64,000 nucleotides of DNA from Gemmatimonadales bacterium (GTDB lineage Bacteria > Gemmatimonadota > Gemmatimonadetes > Gemmatimonadales > GWC2-71-9). Positions 1 to 10,952 of the stretch are shown here, piece after piece; the first letter of the stretch is position 1, and every line of letters begins with the position of its first letter. The stretch is taken from positions 128,001-192,000 of the forward strand of contig JBBCJC010000005.1 of NCBI GenBank assembly GCA_037189525.1, read 5' to 3'. The translations under genes and the position numbers were made by a program. A model generated the notes under the pieces. It was not told the DNA's origin and made no database searches. It saw only the letters and a list, made by a program, of their open reading frames with translations.

Positions 1-258
1 GTAGTAGGTATTGTCACGAAGCGCCGTGACGGAAACCCGGCGCAATTCGCCGCCCAGCCCCAGCAGCATCTGTTTGAGAAGATCGTGTGTCATTGGGCGG
101 GAAGGATGGTCGCCCCGGAGCTCCGCCGCGATGGCATTGGCTTCCGAGGCGCCGATCCAGATTTGGAGACTGCGGCTGCCCCCGACCTCATGCAGCACCA
201 CCACCGGGGTGTTGGTGCTGCGCTCGACGCCGAGATGGGCCACCGTCATCCGAACCAT
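1..258 (-). CDS. Bifunctional nuclease family (DUF151) protein, 5' part; runs off the window start
   Basis: Manual translation MVRMTVAHLGVERSTNTPVVVLHEVGGSRSLQIWIGASEANAIA...SRPMTHDLL...RDNTYY matches the DUF151 pattern (IWIGxxEAxAI, RPxTHDL). Confidence 0.85.
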   Translation of the reverse strand, partial: MVRMTVAHLGVERSTNTPVVVLHEVGGSRSLQIWIGASEANAIAAELRGDHPSRPMTHDLLKQMLLGLGGELRRVSVTALRDNTYY

Positions 259-272
259 GCCGGAAGGGTGGC

Positions 273-1499
273 CTACCTCTTGGCAACGGTCAAGAGATCC
301 CGGACTTTGTTGGTCTCTTCCCAGGGGAACAGCGTGACCTGCTTGCCGCCAACTTTTGCCGATACCGATTTCCGGCCGAAGTGGCCGTACGCCGCCGTGG
401 GCCGGTAAATCGGCCGCCGGAGCTTGAGCGCCGTCGTGATGCCGGCAGGGGTCAGATCGAAGACCTCGCTGACGATCCGCTCGAGCTTGGTATCGGGCAG
501 CTCACCGGTGCCGAAGGTGTTGACCATGACCGACACCGGCTGCGCGACACCGATGGCGTAGGCCACCTGCACTTCGCAACGCGCGGCCAGCTTGGCTTCG
601 ACGATGTTCTTGGCGACCCAACGCACCGCGTAGGCTGCGGACCGGTCGACCTTGGATGGGTCCTTACCGCTGAAGGCGCCGCCGCCGTGCCGGGCCATGC
701 CGCCGTAGGTATCGACGATGATCTTCCGGCCCGTCAATCCCGCGTCGCCGTGCGGTCCGCCGATCACGAAACGGCCGGTCGGATTGATCAGGAACTTGAT
801 CCCGCGCGACTCGAAGCCCGCCTTCTCGAGCACCGGACGAATCACTTCGCTGATCACGGTGTCGCGAATGGTGCCGTACGAGAGCTGGCGATTACCGAAT
901 CGCTCGGCGTGCTGGGTCGAAACCACCACCGTCTTGACCGCGACCGGGCGATCGCCCTCGTACTCGACCGAGACCTGGCTCTTGCCGTCGGGACGGAGCC
1001 AGTCAACCTGATCCAGACCGTGAAGGCCCTTGCGCACCGCGGCGAGCCGCTCGGCAATCCGGTGCGAGAGGATGATCGGCAGCGGCATCCGCTCGCGGGT
1101 TTCGCGAGTGGCATAGCCGAACATCATGCCCTGGTCGCCCGCGCCCTGCTCGCGGTCTTTCTTGACGTCGACACCCATCGCAATGTCGGGCGACTGGCGA
1201 TCGATCGACGACAAGACGGCGCAGGTGCGGCTGTCGAAGCCGAACGACGCATCGGTATACCCGATCGACGCGATGGTGTCGCGAACGATGTCGGGGATAT
1301 GCACGTAGGTCTTGGTCGAAATCTCACCGGCGACGACTGCCATACCCGTCGTGACCAGCGTCTCACACGCCACCCGCGCGTTCGGATCATCGGCAATGAT
1401 CGCATCGAGAACGGCGTCAGAAATCTGATCGGCCACTTTGTCGGGATGGCCTTCGGTGACAGACTCGGAGGTGAAGACGTGGCGCGGAGCGCGAGCCAT
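273..1499 (-). CDS. metK: S-adenosylmethionine synthetase
   Basis: [35 protein letters not shown] motifs; start taken at MARAPRHVF. Confidence 0.98.
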   Translation of the reverse strand: MARAPRHVFTSESVTEGHPDKVADQISDAVLDAIIADDPNARVACETLVTTGMAVVAGEISTKTYVHIPDIVRDTIASIGYTDASFGFDSRTCAVLSSIDRQSPDIAMGVDVKKDREQGAGDQGMMFGYATRETRERMPLPIILSHRIAERLAAVRKGLHGLDQVDWLRPDGKSQVSVEYEGDRPVAVKTVVVSTQHAERFGNRQLSYGTIRDTVISEVIRPVLEKAGFESRGIKFLINPTGRFVIGGPHGDAGLTGRKIIVDTYGGMARHGGGAFSGKDPSKVDRSAAYAVRWVAKNIVEAKLAARCEVQVAYAIGVAQPVSVMVNTFGTGELPDTKLERIVSEVFDLTPAGITTALKLRRPIYRPTAAYGHFGRKSVSAKVGGKQVTLFPWEETNKVRDLLTVAKR

Positions 1500-1586
1500 G
1501 GGCATCGATCCGGGAAGAGGTGACGGAAAAAAGGGCACGAAACTCGGGCGGAAACCTAGTCGGCTCGGGACCCTGCGGCAACCGAA

Positions 1587-3350
1587 TCAGGGCGCCAGAA
1601 GTCGTTGGTCGACATAGCCTTGCACGGCTTGCTGCAGCACCCGCGTGATGCTCGCGACATCGGGCTCGAGGAGCGCCTGACGAGCCGCCTCCCGACTGAC
1701 CGAGGCGGGAACGTTCCGAACCATCCATTTGACCAGCGGAAGGGTCGGCGGCGCCACGCTCAGAATCTGGAAGCCCATCCCGACCAGCAGGACGGCGCTC
1801 AGCGGGTCCGATGCCATTTCTCCGCAGATGCTGACCGGGATGCCCGCATCGCGGGCGGCCACGCGGATGTGCTCGAGCTGCCGGAGCACGGCCGGATCGA
1901 GCGGATTGAAACGATCTGCCAGGTGCGCACTGCCCCGATCGACGGCCAGGGTGTATTGCGTCAGATCGTTGGTGCCGATACTGAAAAATTGCGACACCGC
2001 CGCCAGCCGATCGGCCATCACGACGGCCGCCGGAGTTTCGATCATGACCCCGAGGTCGAGCGCAGCAGCCGTGCGGACCCCGTCGGCCGCAAGCCGCGCA
2101 GATTCTTCGCGGATCAGCTCGCGCGTGGCCAGCACTTCGTCGACGCGGGTAACCAGCGGCAACATGACCTTCACGTTCCGCTCCGCCGCAATCCGAAGGA
2201 GCGCCCGGAGCTGGGGCCGGAAGATCTCCGGCCGATCGAGACAGACCCGGATCGATCGCCAGCCCAGGAACGGATTCGACTCGGCGTGGGTCTCGAAGGC
2301 CGCCGGGAACTTGTCGCCCCCCAGGTCGTAGGTGCGGATCACGACCGGATGGTTGGGAAAGGCGGCGCAGACCCGGCGGAAGTACTCGAGCTGCTCCAGT
2401 TCGGTCGGCACGTGGGCCCGTCCCGCCACCAGGAGCTCGGTGCGCAGCAGGCCGACCCCCTGCGCTCCGTGCCGCACCGCCATCTCGATTTCCTCGGGCA
2501 GATCGACGTTCCCCATCAGGGTCACCTCGACGCCGTCGGGGGTCACGGCCGGCTGGCTGGCGGCCCCTTCGAGGGCCAGGCCGAGCTTGAAGCGACGATT
2601 GGCCCGGGCGCGCGCGAGTTCGAGTTCGTCGGGCGTCGGATCGATCACCACCGTTCCGGTATAGCCGTCGATCAGCACCATGGTATCGGTGCGGATCCGG
2701 TTCATCGCTCCCGACGCTCCCATGACGGCCGGGATGCCGAGCGAGTGGGCCAGGATGGCGGCGTGGGAGGTACGGGTGCCCTCTTCGCTGACCAGGCCCA
2801 GCAACTGATCTCGATCGAGCTGGACCGTCAGCCCGGGCGACAACTCACGCGCCACGATGATGACGTGCTCCTGCCTGCGTACCGCGGCCAGCTCGTCGTC
2901 GGGCCGCCCCATCAGTTGCCGGAGGGTATGGATCTGGACCGCGGTCAGGTCGGTGAGTCGTTCCCGCATCCGCTGATTGGCCATTTCGGCAAACGAGACG
3001 CGGAGTTCCAGCGCCTTGAACTCGTAGGCCGTTTCGGCGCTCAGATTGTTCTTCCGGATCAGGTGTTCGACCGCGTTGAGAAAATCGCGGTCCTGCGCCA
3101 TCATGATCTGCGCTTCGAAGATCTGGGATTCTTCAAGACCGGCGGAGTGCAACACCCGCTCACGGAGATGATCGAGATGCCGAACCACCGCTTCGACGGC
3201 GACCCGAAGCCGTTCGACTTCTCCTTCGACTTCGTCCGGGGTGACCGAACGATCCGGCACGTCCGGAAACCTGCGCTCGAGCACCGCCACCGGCCCGTAC
3301 GCAATGCCCGGCGATACCCCGACCGCGCGCAGGGTCCGTGACTCGGTCAT
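1587..3350 (-). CDS. ptsI: PEP-protein phosphotransferase (PTS enzyme I)
   Basis: TSHAAIL phospho-His motif, GVGLLRTE, NPFLGWRSIR, FSIGTNDLTQY, CGEMAS. Confidence 0.97.
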   Translation of the reverse strand: MTESRTLRAVGVSPGIAYGPVAVLERRFPDVPDRSVTPDEVEGEVERLRVAVEAVVRHLDHLRERVLHSAGLEESQIFEAQIMMAQDRDFLNAVEHLIRKNNLSAETAYEFKALELRVSFAEMANQRMRERLTDLTAVQIHTLRQLMGRPDDELAAVRRQEHVIIVARELSPGLTVQLDRDQLLGLVSEEGTRTSHAAILAHSLGIPAVMGASGAMNRIRTDTMVLIDGYTGTVVIDPTPDELELARARANRRFKLGLALEGAASQPAVTPDGVEVTLMGNVDLPEEIEMAVRHGAQGVGLLRTELLVAGRAHVPTELEQLEYFRRVCAAFPNHPVVIRTYDLGGDKFPAAFETHAESNPFLGWRSIRVCLDRPEIFRPQLRALLRIAAERNVKVMLPLVTRVDEVLATRELIREESARLAADGVRTAAALDLGVMIETPAAVVMADRLAAVSQFFSIGTNDLTQYTLAVDRGSAHLADRFNPLDPAVLRQLEHIRVAARDAGIPVSICGEMASDPLSAVLLVGMGFQILSVAPPTLPLVKWMVRNVPASVSREAARQALLEPDVASITRVLQQAVQGYVDQRLLAP

Positions 3351-3610
3351 TCGCCGAACCCTGAGGCAATCAAAGCAACCAGCGCGTCCATCGCGGCCGC
3401 TTCATCGGCGCCGTTGGTCCGGATCAGCAGCGAACTGCCCTGCTCCGCGGCAAGCATCATCACCCCCATGATGCTCTTGCCGTTGGTGGCCTGTCCGTCT
3501 TTTTCCAGTTCGATCTCACAGGCAAACCCCGCAGCCAGCTTAACCAGCTGCGCAGCCGGCCGCGCATGCAGGCCAAGCGAATTGACGATCGTCGCGGTGC
3601 GTTCGGTCAC
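3347..3610 (-). CDS. ptsH: Phosphocarrier protein HPr
   Basis: GLHARPAA (His15) and NGKSIMGVM (Ser46) motifs. Confidence 0.97.
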   Translation of the reverse strand: MTERTATIVNSLGLHARPAAQLVKLAAGFACEIELEKDGQATNGKSIMGVMMLAAEQGSSLLIRTNGADEAAAMDALVALIASGFGE

Positions 3611-4338
3611 GAAACACTCCAGTACCAGAGGAGGACGACAGCCATCGTTGCAAGGGTAATGATTCGCGCGCTGGGCACCCGAACCCGGACCAGCGCCGCC
3701 ACCGTGCCGCCGGCCGCGCCCACGCTTGCCGCCGCGATACCGGAACTCGCCGCTCCGGGCACCAGCAGCCAGCGGATCACGAACGGCACCGACAGGGCGA
3801 CGAGAAACCCCGCCGCCAGCCCCACCTGTCCGACCCGTTCGGGCAGCCGGGATCGTTTGAGCGCCGCGGCCACGTCGACCCCGGCATCGAAGCCGAGCTG
3901 TACGCCCCAGTACGTGACATAGAGTCGGAGTAGCGCATAGCCCATCACGCCCGCAATCACAGCGGCGGGCCCGACCACGATCGCGCCCAGCAGCAGGATC
4001 GCCATGACCGCCGGCACCACGCCGATCCAGAAGAGCTGGTCGCCCAGCGCACCGAGCGGACCCGCCAGCGCCGTTTTGAGCCGCTGAACGGTCGTGCCCG
4101 GCTTACCGGCCAGCTCCGCGCGAGCCGCAGCACCCACGGCGATTCCCGCCAGGTACGGATGCGCGTTGAACAGTTCGGTCGACCGCGCCACCGCGGCCGC
4201 ATGGCGCTCGGGATCGGCGCGCAGGTCGTCGAGCAGCGGCAGGCTGGCGTACCCGGTGCCGACACCCTGCATCCGCTCGTAGGTCCAGGAGCTCTGCAGA
4301 ATCAGGAGCCGCGCCACCACCCGCCCGAGCGACGTCAT
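3607..4338 (-). CDS. PTS mannose/fructose/sorbose family IID component
   Basis: QSSWTYERMQGVG, FNAHPY, GPLGALGDQLFW motifs; hydrophobic C-terminus. Confidence 0.92.
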   Translation of the reverse strand: MTSLGRVVARLLILQSSWTYERMQGVGTGYASLPLLDDLRADPERHAAAVARSTELFNAHPYLAGIAVGAAARAELAGKPGTTVQRLKTALAGPLGALGDQLFWIGVVPAVMAILLLGAIVVGPAAVIAGVMGYALLRLYVTYWGVQLGFDAGVDVAAALKRSRLPERVGQVGLAAGFLVALSVPFVIRWLLVPGAASSGIAAASVGAAGGTVAALVRVRVPSARIITLATMAVVLLWYWSVS

Positions 4339-5000
4339 AAAACGGTCGCTCCGAGCACACCAACCGCCGTCCCCGCCGCGACCCAGCGCCAGCGCGGCCC
4401 CGACCTCGCACTTGCCACCGCGCCGTGCGCCACCGACCAGGCGCCGCCGGCCAGCGCCACGGTGCTGAGCGCCGTACCGAGCACGACCGGCGGCAGCCAG
4501 CCGGTGGCCGCCACCAGCGCGCCCAGACCGACCGCGATCGCGCCGACCAACGCGCTCCGCCCCACATCATAGCCGAGACAGGTCCAATGGACCCGTGTCA
4601 CCGCTGCCGCATCGCCTCCGCTCAACCGGTCACTGAAGCGCTGCACCGTCACAGCGCAGAGCCGACGAGTCAACGGCAGCGTCACTCCGGCCGCCATACC
4701 CAGTATGATCCCGGCGGCGGTCGCAATACCAAGGACGACCGGCCAGTCGCGGCCCGCGGCAATCAGCGTGGCCGCTACGGTGGCCGCGCCGAAATCGGGA
4801 TAGCGGGAGCTGCCGACCGGTACCACATCGAGTGCAAACAGTTCGAGCAAGGCGCCGACCCGAAGGCCAGCTTCGACATCACCGGCGAGGGCTCCAGCCC
4901 CGGCGCCAACGACGAGCGGCCGAGAGAGCAGCGCCTGCAGCACGCTCACCAGGTCGAGCCCGGCCAGCGTGGCCCAGAGCCACAACATGGTCAGCGTCAC
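4335..5000 (-). CDS. PTS mannose/fructose/sorbose family IIC component
   Basis: LSRPLV...GLRVGALLEL...PVGSSRYPD; polytopic membrane protein; operon position. Confidence 0.88.
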   Translation of the reverse strand: MTLTMLWLWATLAGLDLVSVLQALLSRPLVVGAGAGALAGDVEAGLRVGALLELFALDVVPVGSSRYPDFGAATVAATLIAAGRDWPVVLGIATAAGIILGMAAGVTLPLTRRLCAVTVQRFSDRLSGGDAAAVTRVHWTCLGYDVGRSALVGAIAVGLGALVAATGWLPPVVLGTALSTVALAGGAWSVAHGAVASARSGPRWRWVAAGTAVGVLGATVL

Positions 5001-5473
5001 ACGCGAAGGTCTCCAACGTCGACCGGAGGCGAGGTGGGCAGATCCTGCGCCGATACGGCCACGCCCGCGGCCGCAAGCGACTGGAGGTCCGCCAGCTCGG
5101 CATCGGTCAGATAGACGAACCGGAGGTATTCGCGACGCCCCGGCCCGGCATGCACGCCGCCCACGTTGACGGCGCGAATCCCGTGGAAGGCTCGCGCCAG
5201 ATCGGCCATGGCAGCCACCGTCCCGGTCAGCACCAGCACCCGTTCGGGGCCGGCCGCCAGTACCGCCAGCCGAGCCGGCGCGTCGTCGGGACTGAGGAAC
5301 TCGACCGCGATCCCGTCGGGTGCGGCCATCCGGTAGAGATCCTGTTCGAAGTCACTCGCCGCCACCTCGGCGTCCACCAGGACGACCCGGCCGATCTCGT
5401 AGGGACGTCCCCACCCGATCACCACCTGGCCGTGGATCAGCCGGTCGTCGATCCGGGCGACGACAATGCCCAC
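4997..5473 (-). CDS. PTS mannose/sorbose family IIB component
   Basis: RIDDRLIHGQV signature, VNVGG. Confidence 0.95.
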   Translation of the reverse strand: MGIVVARIDDRLIHGQVVIGWGRPYEIGRVVLVDAEVAASDFEQDLYRMAAPDGIAVEFLSPDDAPARLAVLAAGPERVLVLTGTVAAMADLARAFHGIRAVNVGGVHAGPGRREYLRFVYLTDAELADLQSLAAAGVAVSAQDLPTSPPVDVGDLRV

Positions 5474-5848
5474 CTAGCGCACTCCGACGGCCCGGGAGCC
5501 GGTATCGATGATCCGGCGCACCGCGTCGTCGAGCGGCAACTCGCGCCGGAAGACGAACTCGACCAGCATTGCGAGATTGACGCCGGTGATGACCCGGACA
5601 TCGTCGCGTCCCGCGAGTTCACGGGCCGCCGCCAGCAGGCACGACCCCGCCGGCATGTCGACGAAGAGGATGCCCGGCCCCGCCGGCAGCGCCTGGGCAA
5701 CCCGCTGCTGAAGCAGGCCCTTGTCGCAGCCGTCGTTGGAAATCGGCACCAGCGCGCCGCGGACGCCGCTGACCGACTCAGCCGCCGCCACCAGTGCCGC
5801 CGCGAGTTCGCCGTGGCACACGACGACACCCCGCAGAGGCTGGCTCAT
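5474..5848 (-). CDS. PTS mannose family IIA component
   Basis: VVVCHGELA, FVDMPAGS, VITGVNLAML. Confidence 0.92.
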   Translation of the reverse strand: MSQPLRGVVVCHGELAAALVAAAESVSGVRGALVPISNDGCDKGLLQQRVAQALPAGPGILFVDMPAGSCLLAAARELAGRDDVRVITGVNLAMLVEFVFRRELPLDDAVRRIIDTGSRAVGVR

Positions 5849-6810
5849 TCGTAGTCCTCTTGGAGATACTCCCGCAAGCCGCGCTGCTCTTTCATCCGCT
5901 TGATCAGGCGATCGTTGAATGCGGTGGCCGAATCGACGCCGGTCAGTCGCAGCAGGTGGGTCATGGCCACCACTTCCGAAATGACCGTGAGGTTCTTGCC
6001 CGGGTTGAGCGGCACCACGACCTTGGGCACCTTGACGCCGAGTACCGTGGTTTCGACCCGTGACAGGCCGGTGCGGTCGACCTCCCCGGCGTTGTTCCAG
6101 TCTTCCAAATGGACGATCACCTCGATCCGCTTCTGCTGACGCACGGCGCGGATCCCGAAGAGCGCCGGAATGTCGATCAGCCCGATCCCGCGAATCTCCA
6201 TGTGATGCGCCGCCAGATCATGCCCGCGGCCGATCAGCACCTCGGTGCCGCGCAGCGTGGCAATCACGACATCATCGGCAACCAGACGGTGACCGCGCTC
6301 GACCAGATCGAGCACGCATTCGCTCTTGCCGATGCCGCTGCGGCCCGTGAAGAGCAACCCGACACCGTAGACGTCGGCCAGCGAGCCGTGCAGCGTCGTG
6401 GTCGGCGCAAAGGCCGCCTCGATGATCGGCTTGACCGCCCGATAAAACTCGGCCGTCTTGAGGGTGGTCCTGAGGACGGCAATGCCCCGTTCCCGCGCCG
6501 CCGTGATCATCGGCTCGGGCGGACTCTGCCCCTTGGTGATGAACACCCCGGGCAGATCGAAACTGAAGAATTGGGTCAGGACGTTGCGTCGAAAGTCTTC
6601 GGGCAGCGACGAGAGATAGCTGATTTCCGTCTCACCCAGGACGTGGAGCCGTTCGGGCACGAATCGACCCGTGTATCCGGCCAGCACCAGTCCCGGGCTC
6701 GAGATGTCGGCTTCCTGGAGCGCCCGGTCCAGCCCGACCTCCCCTGTCAGCGATTCGAGCTGCAGAGGATTGCCGCGCCGGACCAGGAGCTCCCGAAGCC
6801 GTAAGGTCAC
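5845..6810 (-). CDS. hprK: HPr kinase/phosphorylase
   Basis: HGSLADVYGVGLLFTGRSGIGKSE, HRLVADD, MEIRGIG. Confidence 0.97.
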   Translation of the reverse strand: MTLRLRELLVRRGNPLQLESLTGEVGLDRALQEADISSPGLVLAGYTGRFVPERLHVLGETEISYLSSLPEDFRRNVLTQFFSFDLPGVFITKGQSPPEPMITAARERGIAVLRTTLKTAEFYRAVKPIIEAAFAPTTTLHGSLADVYGVGLLFTGRSGIGKSECVLDLVERGHRLVADDVVIATLRGTEVLIGRGHDLAAHHMEIRGIGLIDIPALFGIRAVRQQKRIEVIVHLEDWNNAGEVDRTGLSRVETTVLGVKVPKVVVPLNPGKNLTVISEVVAMTHLLRLTGVDSATAFNDRLIKRMKEQRGLREYLQEDYE

Positions 6811-7121
6811 TGACGGATGCTCGCCTCCCGGCGATCCCGCCGGGCCTGAGTAGTTGATCGTTCGAGTTGCCGGCGGATCTTGTTTTCCGCCCGATCGAGC
6901 GCCGTGCGGTGATCCGGACCTACTGCGGAACCGACCAGTACCTGACCACGCCGGACATGGAGTCGCACTTCAGCCTGATGCCCCTCGGGAACTACGTCGA
7001 AGACTACCTGGCTCTCCAGTGTATGTGGCGAGAAATGCTCGAGACGGTCCATGACGGAAATGGCACGTTCACGAAGCAGATCCGTGATTTCACAGTGGCG
7101 GGCAGTGACGGTCGTCATCAT
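6807..7121 (-). CDS. Ribosome hibernation factor (HPF/RaiA family)
   Basis: VTARHCEITDLLR...ALDRAENKIRRQL; located upstream of hprK. Confidence 0.8.
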   Translation of the reverse strand: MMTTVTARHCEITDLLRERAISVMDRLEHFSPHTLESQVVFDVVPEGHQAEVRLHVRRGQVLVGSAVGPDHRTALDRAENKIRRQLERSTTQARRDRREASIRQ

Positions 7122-8248
7122 GTCGTTTCTCCTCGGGTTGCACGATCGATGATTTCCTGCAGGTGCCGTTCGGTTCGAGCCGCCGCGTCCTCCCAGGTCC
7201 AGCGCGCTGCATGCTGCCGAGCCGCAGCGCCCAGGCGGGCCACCGTGGCAGGCTCAGACACCATTGCCAGCATTTGCCGGGCCAGGGCGACGGGGTCGCC
7301 GTGTGGCACCAGAAGGCCAGTCTCGCCTGCCCGCACGGAATCCCGCAGGCCGGGACTGTCCGACGCAATGGAAGGGGTTCCACATGCCGCCGCCTCCATT
7401 ACGGTGATGCCCCATCCCTCCTTGGGTGAAGGAAATAGATTTGCCCAGGTCGTGCGCAGGAGCCTGAGCTTGACGGCCTCGTCGACGAACCCGTGAAATC
7501 GAACCGATTTCCCGAGGCCGAGCGAGGCAACCAGCGCCTCCAGACGGGGGCGGTCGTCGCCGGCGCCGGCAATGTCCAGCCGGACCTCCGGGCGATCACG
7601 ATGTACCAGGGCCAGGGCCCGAATGGCCAGGTCCACGCCCTTATACCGCTTCAAACGCCCTACGTATAAGAAGGAGGGAGGATCGGAACGGTCAAGGGCC
7701 GGGTCCGGGCTGAACCGGTCCGGATCGATTCCCGGATGGATGACCGTAATTCGGTCCCTGGGAACACCCCGGGCCACCAGGTCATCCCGGGTGCTCTCGC
7801 TGATGACATGAAACCACGACCGCCGGTAGGCCAGCGGCATCAACCGCTCGGCGAGCACGACAGCGGTGGCCATGGGCCACGACGCCTCGTGGTACGCAGT
7901 GGTTCCGAAGAGGTGCGGGACGATGACGCAGGACGGGATATCGACGCCAGCTGCGCAGTAGAGCGGCAGCTTGTTGACGTCTTCGACCAGGATATCGTAG
8001 GAGCCGGTGCGAAGCGCCCGGCGGACCGCCGCGCGGCCGCGTAGCGCAAAGCTGTGCCGGCCGCCGTGCCGCTCGATCGTAATGCCGTCGCGAACGGCCG
8101 TCGGCGCGCCGCCGGGCCAGCCGGCGCAGACCAGATGGACCTGGTGCCCTCGGGCGGCCAGACGGCTGAAGAGTTCGAACAGGTGGATTTCGGCTCCACC
8201 CGCGTAGGGATTGTCGAGGTCCTGCCAGTTGAACAGCAGGATCCTCAC
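7118..8248 (-). CDS. Glycosyltransferase family 4
   Basis: GGAE, YVGRLKRYKG, EGWGITVMEAAACG motifs. Confidence 0.93.
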   Translation of the reverse strand: MRILLFNWQDLDNPYAGGAEIHLFELFSRLAARGHQVHLVCAGWPGGAPTAVRDGITIERHGGRHSFALRGRAAVRRALRTGSYDILVEDVNKLPLYCAAGVDIPSCVIVPHLFGTTAYHEASWPMATAVVLAERLMPLAYRRSWFHVISESTRDDLVARGVPRDRITVIHPGIDPDRFSPDPALDRSDPPSFLYVGRLKRYKGVDLAIRALALVHRDRPEVRLDIAGAGDDRPRLEALVASLGLGKSVRFHGFVDEAVKLRLLRTTWANLFPSPKEGWGITVMEAAACGTPSIASDSPGLRDSVRAGETGLLVPHGDPVALARQMLAMVSEPATVARLGAAARQHAARWTWEDAAARTERHLQEIIDRATRGETT

Positions 8249-8658
8249 AAGAGGCCGAGGCTCCTGGCTACCCGGTCGAGCACTCCGTTGACGAACGGCG
8301 GCGACTGGGGCGTCCCGAACCGATGCGCCACCCAGAGCGCCTCGTCGATGGCCACTCGCGGCGGCACCTGCCCGCTGCGCAGTTCATGCGCACCGATCCG
8401 GAGGATGTTGCGGTCGATCGCGGCCAGGCGTTCGATCCGCCAGTTGTCGGTGGCCTGCTGCAGCACGGCATCCAGCTCGCCGCGCGCATCCCAGACCTCC
8501 TGCGCCAGCCGCTCGGCCAGATCCAGTACCGTCGGCTCCGGCCCCGTCAGGCGCGCCAGGCCGGGCACGACACTCGCGAGCGGACGGTCGAGCGTTTCCG
8601 CCGCATAGAGCAACTGCAGGGCGCGGGCGCGGCCCCGGGTTTCGGTACGGAGCCTCAT
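8245..8658 (-). CDS. nusB: Transcription antitermination factor NusB
   Basis: RARALQLLY, NWRIERLAAIDRNILR, FVNGVLD; follows ribH. Confidence 0.95.
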   Translation of the reverse strand: MRLRTETRGRARALQLLYAAETLDRPLASVVPGLARLTGPEPTVLDLAERLAQEVWDARGELDAVLQQATDNWRIERLAAIDRNILRIGAHELRSGQVPPRVAIDEALWVAHRFGTPQSPPFVNGVLDRVARSLGLL

Positions 8659-9122
8659 GACGCCCTCACCTGGCGGATCACATCAGCCGCCCGAATCGCG
8701 GCCTCGGCCGCTTCATATCCCTTGTTGCCGGCCGAACCGCCGGCGCGCTCGAGCGCCTGCGCCATGGTATCGACCGTGAGCAGGCCGAACCCGACCGGCA
8801 GGGCGCGGGTCGTGGACACCGCACCGAGCGCGCGCGAGGTCTCGCCGGCGACGAACTCGAAGTGCGGCGTCTCACCCCGAATCACCACTCCGATGGCGAC
8901 CAGTGCGGTATACCGATTCTGCTCGGCAAGCGCCGCCGTCACACTGCCCAGCTCGAAGGCGCCGCTCACCCAGACCACGTCGATGGCCGACTCGGCCACG
9001 CCGGCGTCGCGGCAACAGGCCAACGCCCCGTCGAGCAGCTTGGTCGTCACCCGCTCATGATAGCTGCTGACGACGATACCGATCCGGCCCGCGGCGCGGA
9101 GCTGACTGCGTAACTCGTTCAT
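8655..9122 (-). CDS. ribH: 6,7-dimethyl-8-ribityllumazine synthase
   Basis: VSGAFEL, GVVIRGETPHFEFV, GNKGYEAA. Confidence 0.96.
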   Translation of the reverse strand: MNELRSQLRAAGRIGIVVSSYHERVTTKLLDGALACCRDAGVAESAIDVVWVSGAFELGSVTAALAEQNRYTALVAIGVVIRGETPHFEFVAGETSRALGAVSTTRALPVGFGLLTVDTMAQALERAGGSAGNKGYEAAEAAIRAADVIRQVRAS

Positions 9123-9129
9123 CGCTGCC

Positions 9130-10347
9130 TCAGTGACCGATCAGATGACCGAGCTTGTCGCGCTTGGTCGCAAGGTAGGCGCGATTGTCTTCGGTGGGCG
9201 GCAGCACCAGCGGCACCCGCTCCACGATCGACAGCCCGTAGGCATCGACACCCACCACCTTGCGCGGATTGTTGGTCATCAGACGAATGGTCGTGAGCCC
9301 CAGATCGCGCAGGATCTGGGCGCCGATGCCGTAGTTGCGCAGGTCGGGCGCAAAGCCGAGATCCTGATTGGCCTGCACCGTGTCGGCCCCGCTGTCCTGC
9401 AGCTCATAGGCGCGCAGTTTGTTGAGCAGCCCGATCCCGCGGCCCTCCTGATCGAGATAGACGATTACGCCCCGCCCCGCTTCAGCCACCTGGCGCATGG
9501 CGGCGTCAAGTTGTTCGCCGCAGTCGCAGCGCAGCGAATGGAAGACGTCGCCCGTCAGACACTTGGAGTGCATCCGGACCAGCAGGTTGGGCTGCCCTTC
9601 GGCATCGCCGTAGACCAGCGCGACATGCTCCGCGGCATCCACGTCGTTCCGATACCCGACGATCCGGAAAACCCCATACGGCGTCGGCAGCCGCGCTTCC
9701 GCAATCCGGTGGACCAGCCGCTCCTGCGTCAGCCGGTAAGCCACCAGCTGCGCCACCGTTACGAACGTCAGCCCATGTCGCTCGGCAAACTCGAACAGTT
9801 CGCCGCGTCGCGCCATGGTGCCGTCGGGATTCAGGATCTCGCAGATCACCGCCGCCGGGTTGAGTCCCGCCAGCCGCGCAAGATCTACCCCGGCCTCGGT
9901 CTGGCCCACCCGCTGCAGCACTCCGCCGGGCCGGGCCCGGAGCGGAAAGATGTGTCCCGGACGCCGGAGATCGTTCGGCTGCGTTTCCGGACGAATCGCC
10001 ACCTGGATGGTGCGAGCCCGGTCGGCGGCCGAGATACCGGTCGTGACACCGAAACGCCGCTCGGCATCGATGCTGACCGTGAAGGCCGTTCCCATCGACT
10101 CCGAGTTTTCGAGCGTCATCTGCGGCAGCCCCAGCTGATCGCACCGCTCGGGCGTCAGGGTGAGACAGATCAGGCCGCGGCCATGAATCGTCATGAAGTT
10201 GATCAGGTCGGGCGTCACCAGTTCCGCCGCGGCGACCAGATCCCCTTCGTTTTCCCGATCTTCGTCGTCCGCCACGATGATGCACTTGCCGTTGCGGAGA
10301 TCGCTGATTGCCTGCTCGATCGTTCCAAAACCCATATCTGCCTGCAC
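9130..10347 (-). CDS. ribBA: Bifunctional DHBP synthase / GTP cyclohydrolase II (start may be ATG 10335)
   Basis: [46 protein letters not shown]. Confidence 0.97.
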   Translation of the reverse strand: MQADMGFGTIEQAISDLRNGKCIIVADDEDRENEGDLVAAAELVTPDLINFMTIHGRGLICLTLTPERCDQLGLPQMTLENSESMGTAFTVSIDAERRFGVTTGISAADRARTIQVAIRPETQPNDLRRPGHIFPLRARPGGVLQRVGQTEAGVDLARLAGLNPAAVICEILNPDGTMARRGELFEFAERHGLTFVTVAQLVAYRLTQERLVHRIAEARLPTPYGVFRIVGYRNDVDAAEHVALVYGDAEGQPNLLVRMHSKCLTGDVFHSLRCDCGEQLDAAMRQVAEAGRGVIVYLDQEGRGIGLLNKLRAYELQDSGADTVQANQDLGFAPDLRNYGIGAQILRDLGLTTIRLMTNNPRKVVGVDAYGLSIVERVPLVLPPTEDNRAYLATKRDKLGHLIGH

Positions 10348-10354
10348 ACCGCCG

Positions 10355-10951
10355 CTAGCCGCGGCGACTCCCGACCAGATGTTTGACGTACTTTCCGATC
10401 ACGTCGCCCTCGACGTGGACTCGACTGCCCCGCTCCAGACTCCCAAGCGTGGTCACCGCCAGGGTGTGGGGAATCAGCGAGATCTGAATGATACCGACTT
10501 TCGGGATTGCATTCACCGTGAGACTGACCCCGGCCACGGTAATCGACCCGAGCGGAATCGAGACGGCCGCCACCGCCCGGGGCACCTTGAGATCGACCAG
10601 CCAGGCGTCGCCCGCGTGCCGGGTACCGGTCACGGTCGCAATCCCGTCGACATGGCCCTGGACCAGGTGGCCGCCCAGGCGGTCGCCCACTCGCGCGGCC
10701 CGTTCGAGGTTGACCCGGCTCCCCGGCGCCAATTCTCGCAGCAGGGTCCTCTCCAGCGTGGTCGCAATCGCATGGACCCGAAAGCCGCCCCGGACCCGCC
10801 GCTCGACCGTTAGGCAGGCCCCGTCGACCGCGATGCTCTCGCCGATTTCGAGCCCGCGATACGGCGCCCGGATGGTCAGATCGAGTCCCCCACTCTTCGT
10901 CGGCTTGGCAGCCTCGATCCGGCCGATGGCGGTAATGATCCCGGTGAACAT
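10355..10951 (-). CDS. ribE: Riboflavin synthase (alpha chain)
   Basis: MFTGII N-terminus at 10951, GESIAVDGACLTV, GGHLVQGHVD. Confidence 0.96.
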   Translation of the reverse strand: MFTGIITAIGRIEAAKPTKSGGLDLTIRAPYRGLEIGESIAVDGACLTVERRVRGGFRVHAIATTLERTLLRELAPGSRVNLERAARVGDRLGGHLVQGHVDGIATVTGTRHAGDAWLVDLKVPRAVAAVSIPLGSITVAGVSLTVNAIPKVGIIQISLIPHTLAVTTLGSLERGSRVHVEGDVIGKYVKHLVGSRRG

Positions 10952-10952
10952 C

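Noticed and set aside
1500..1586. Possible SAM riboswitch or attenuator before metK (U-run on the coding strand)
   Set aside because: Only 87 bp, no recognisable SAM riboswitch core and no convincing stem before the U-run
87..3341. Long plus-strand ORFs (87-1523, 1605-3341) and similar ones at 9133, 15573, 50824, 61791
   Set aside because: Antisense shadows of well-supported genes in high-GC DNA
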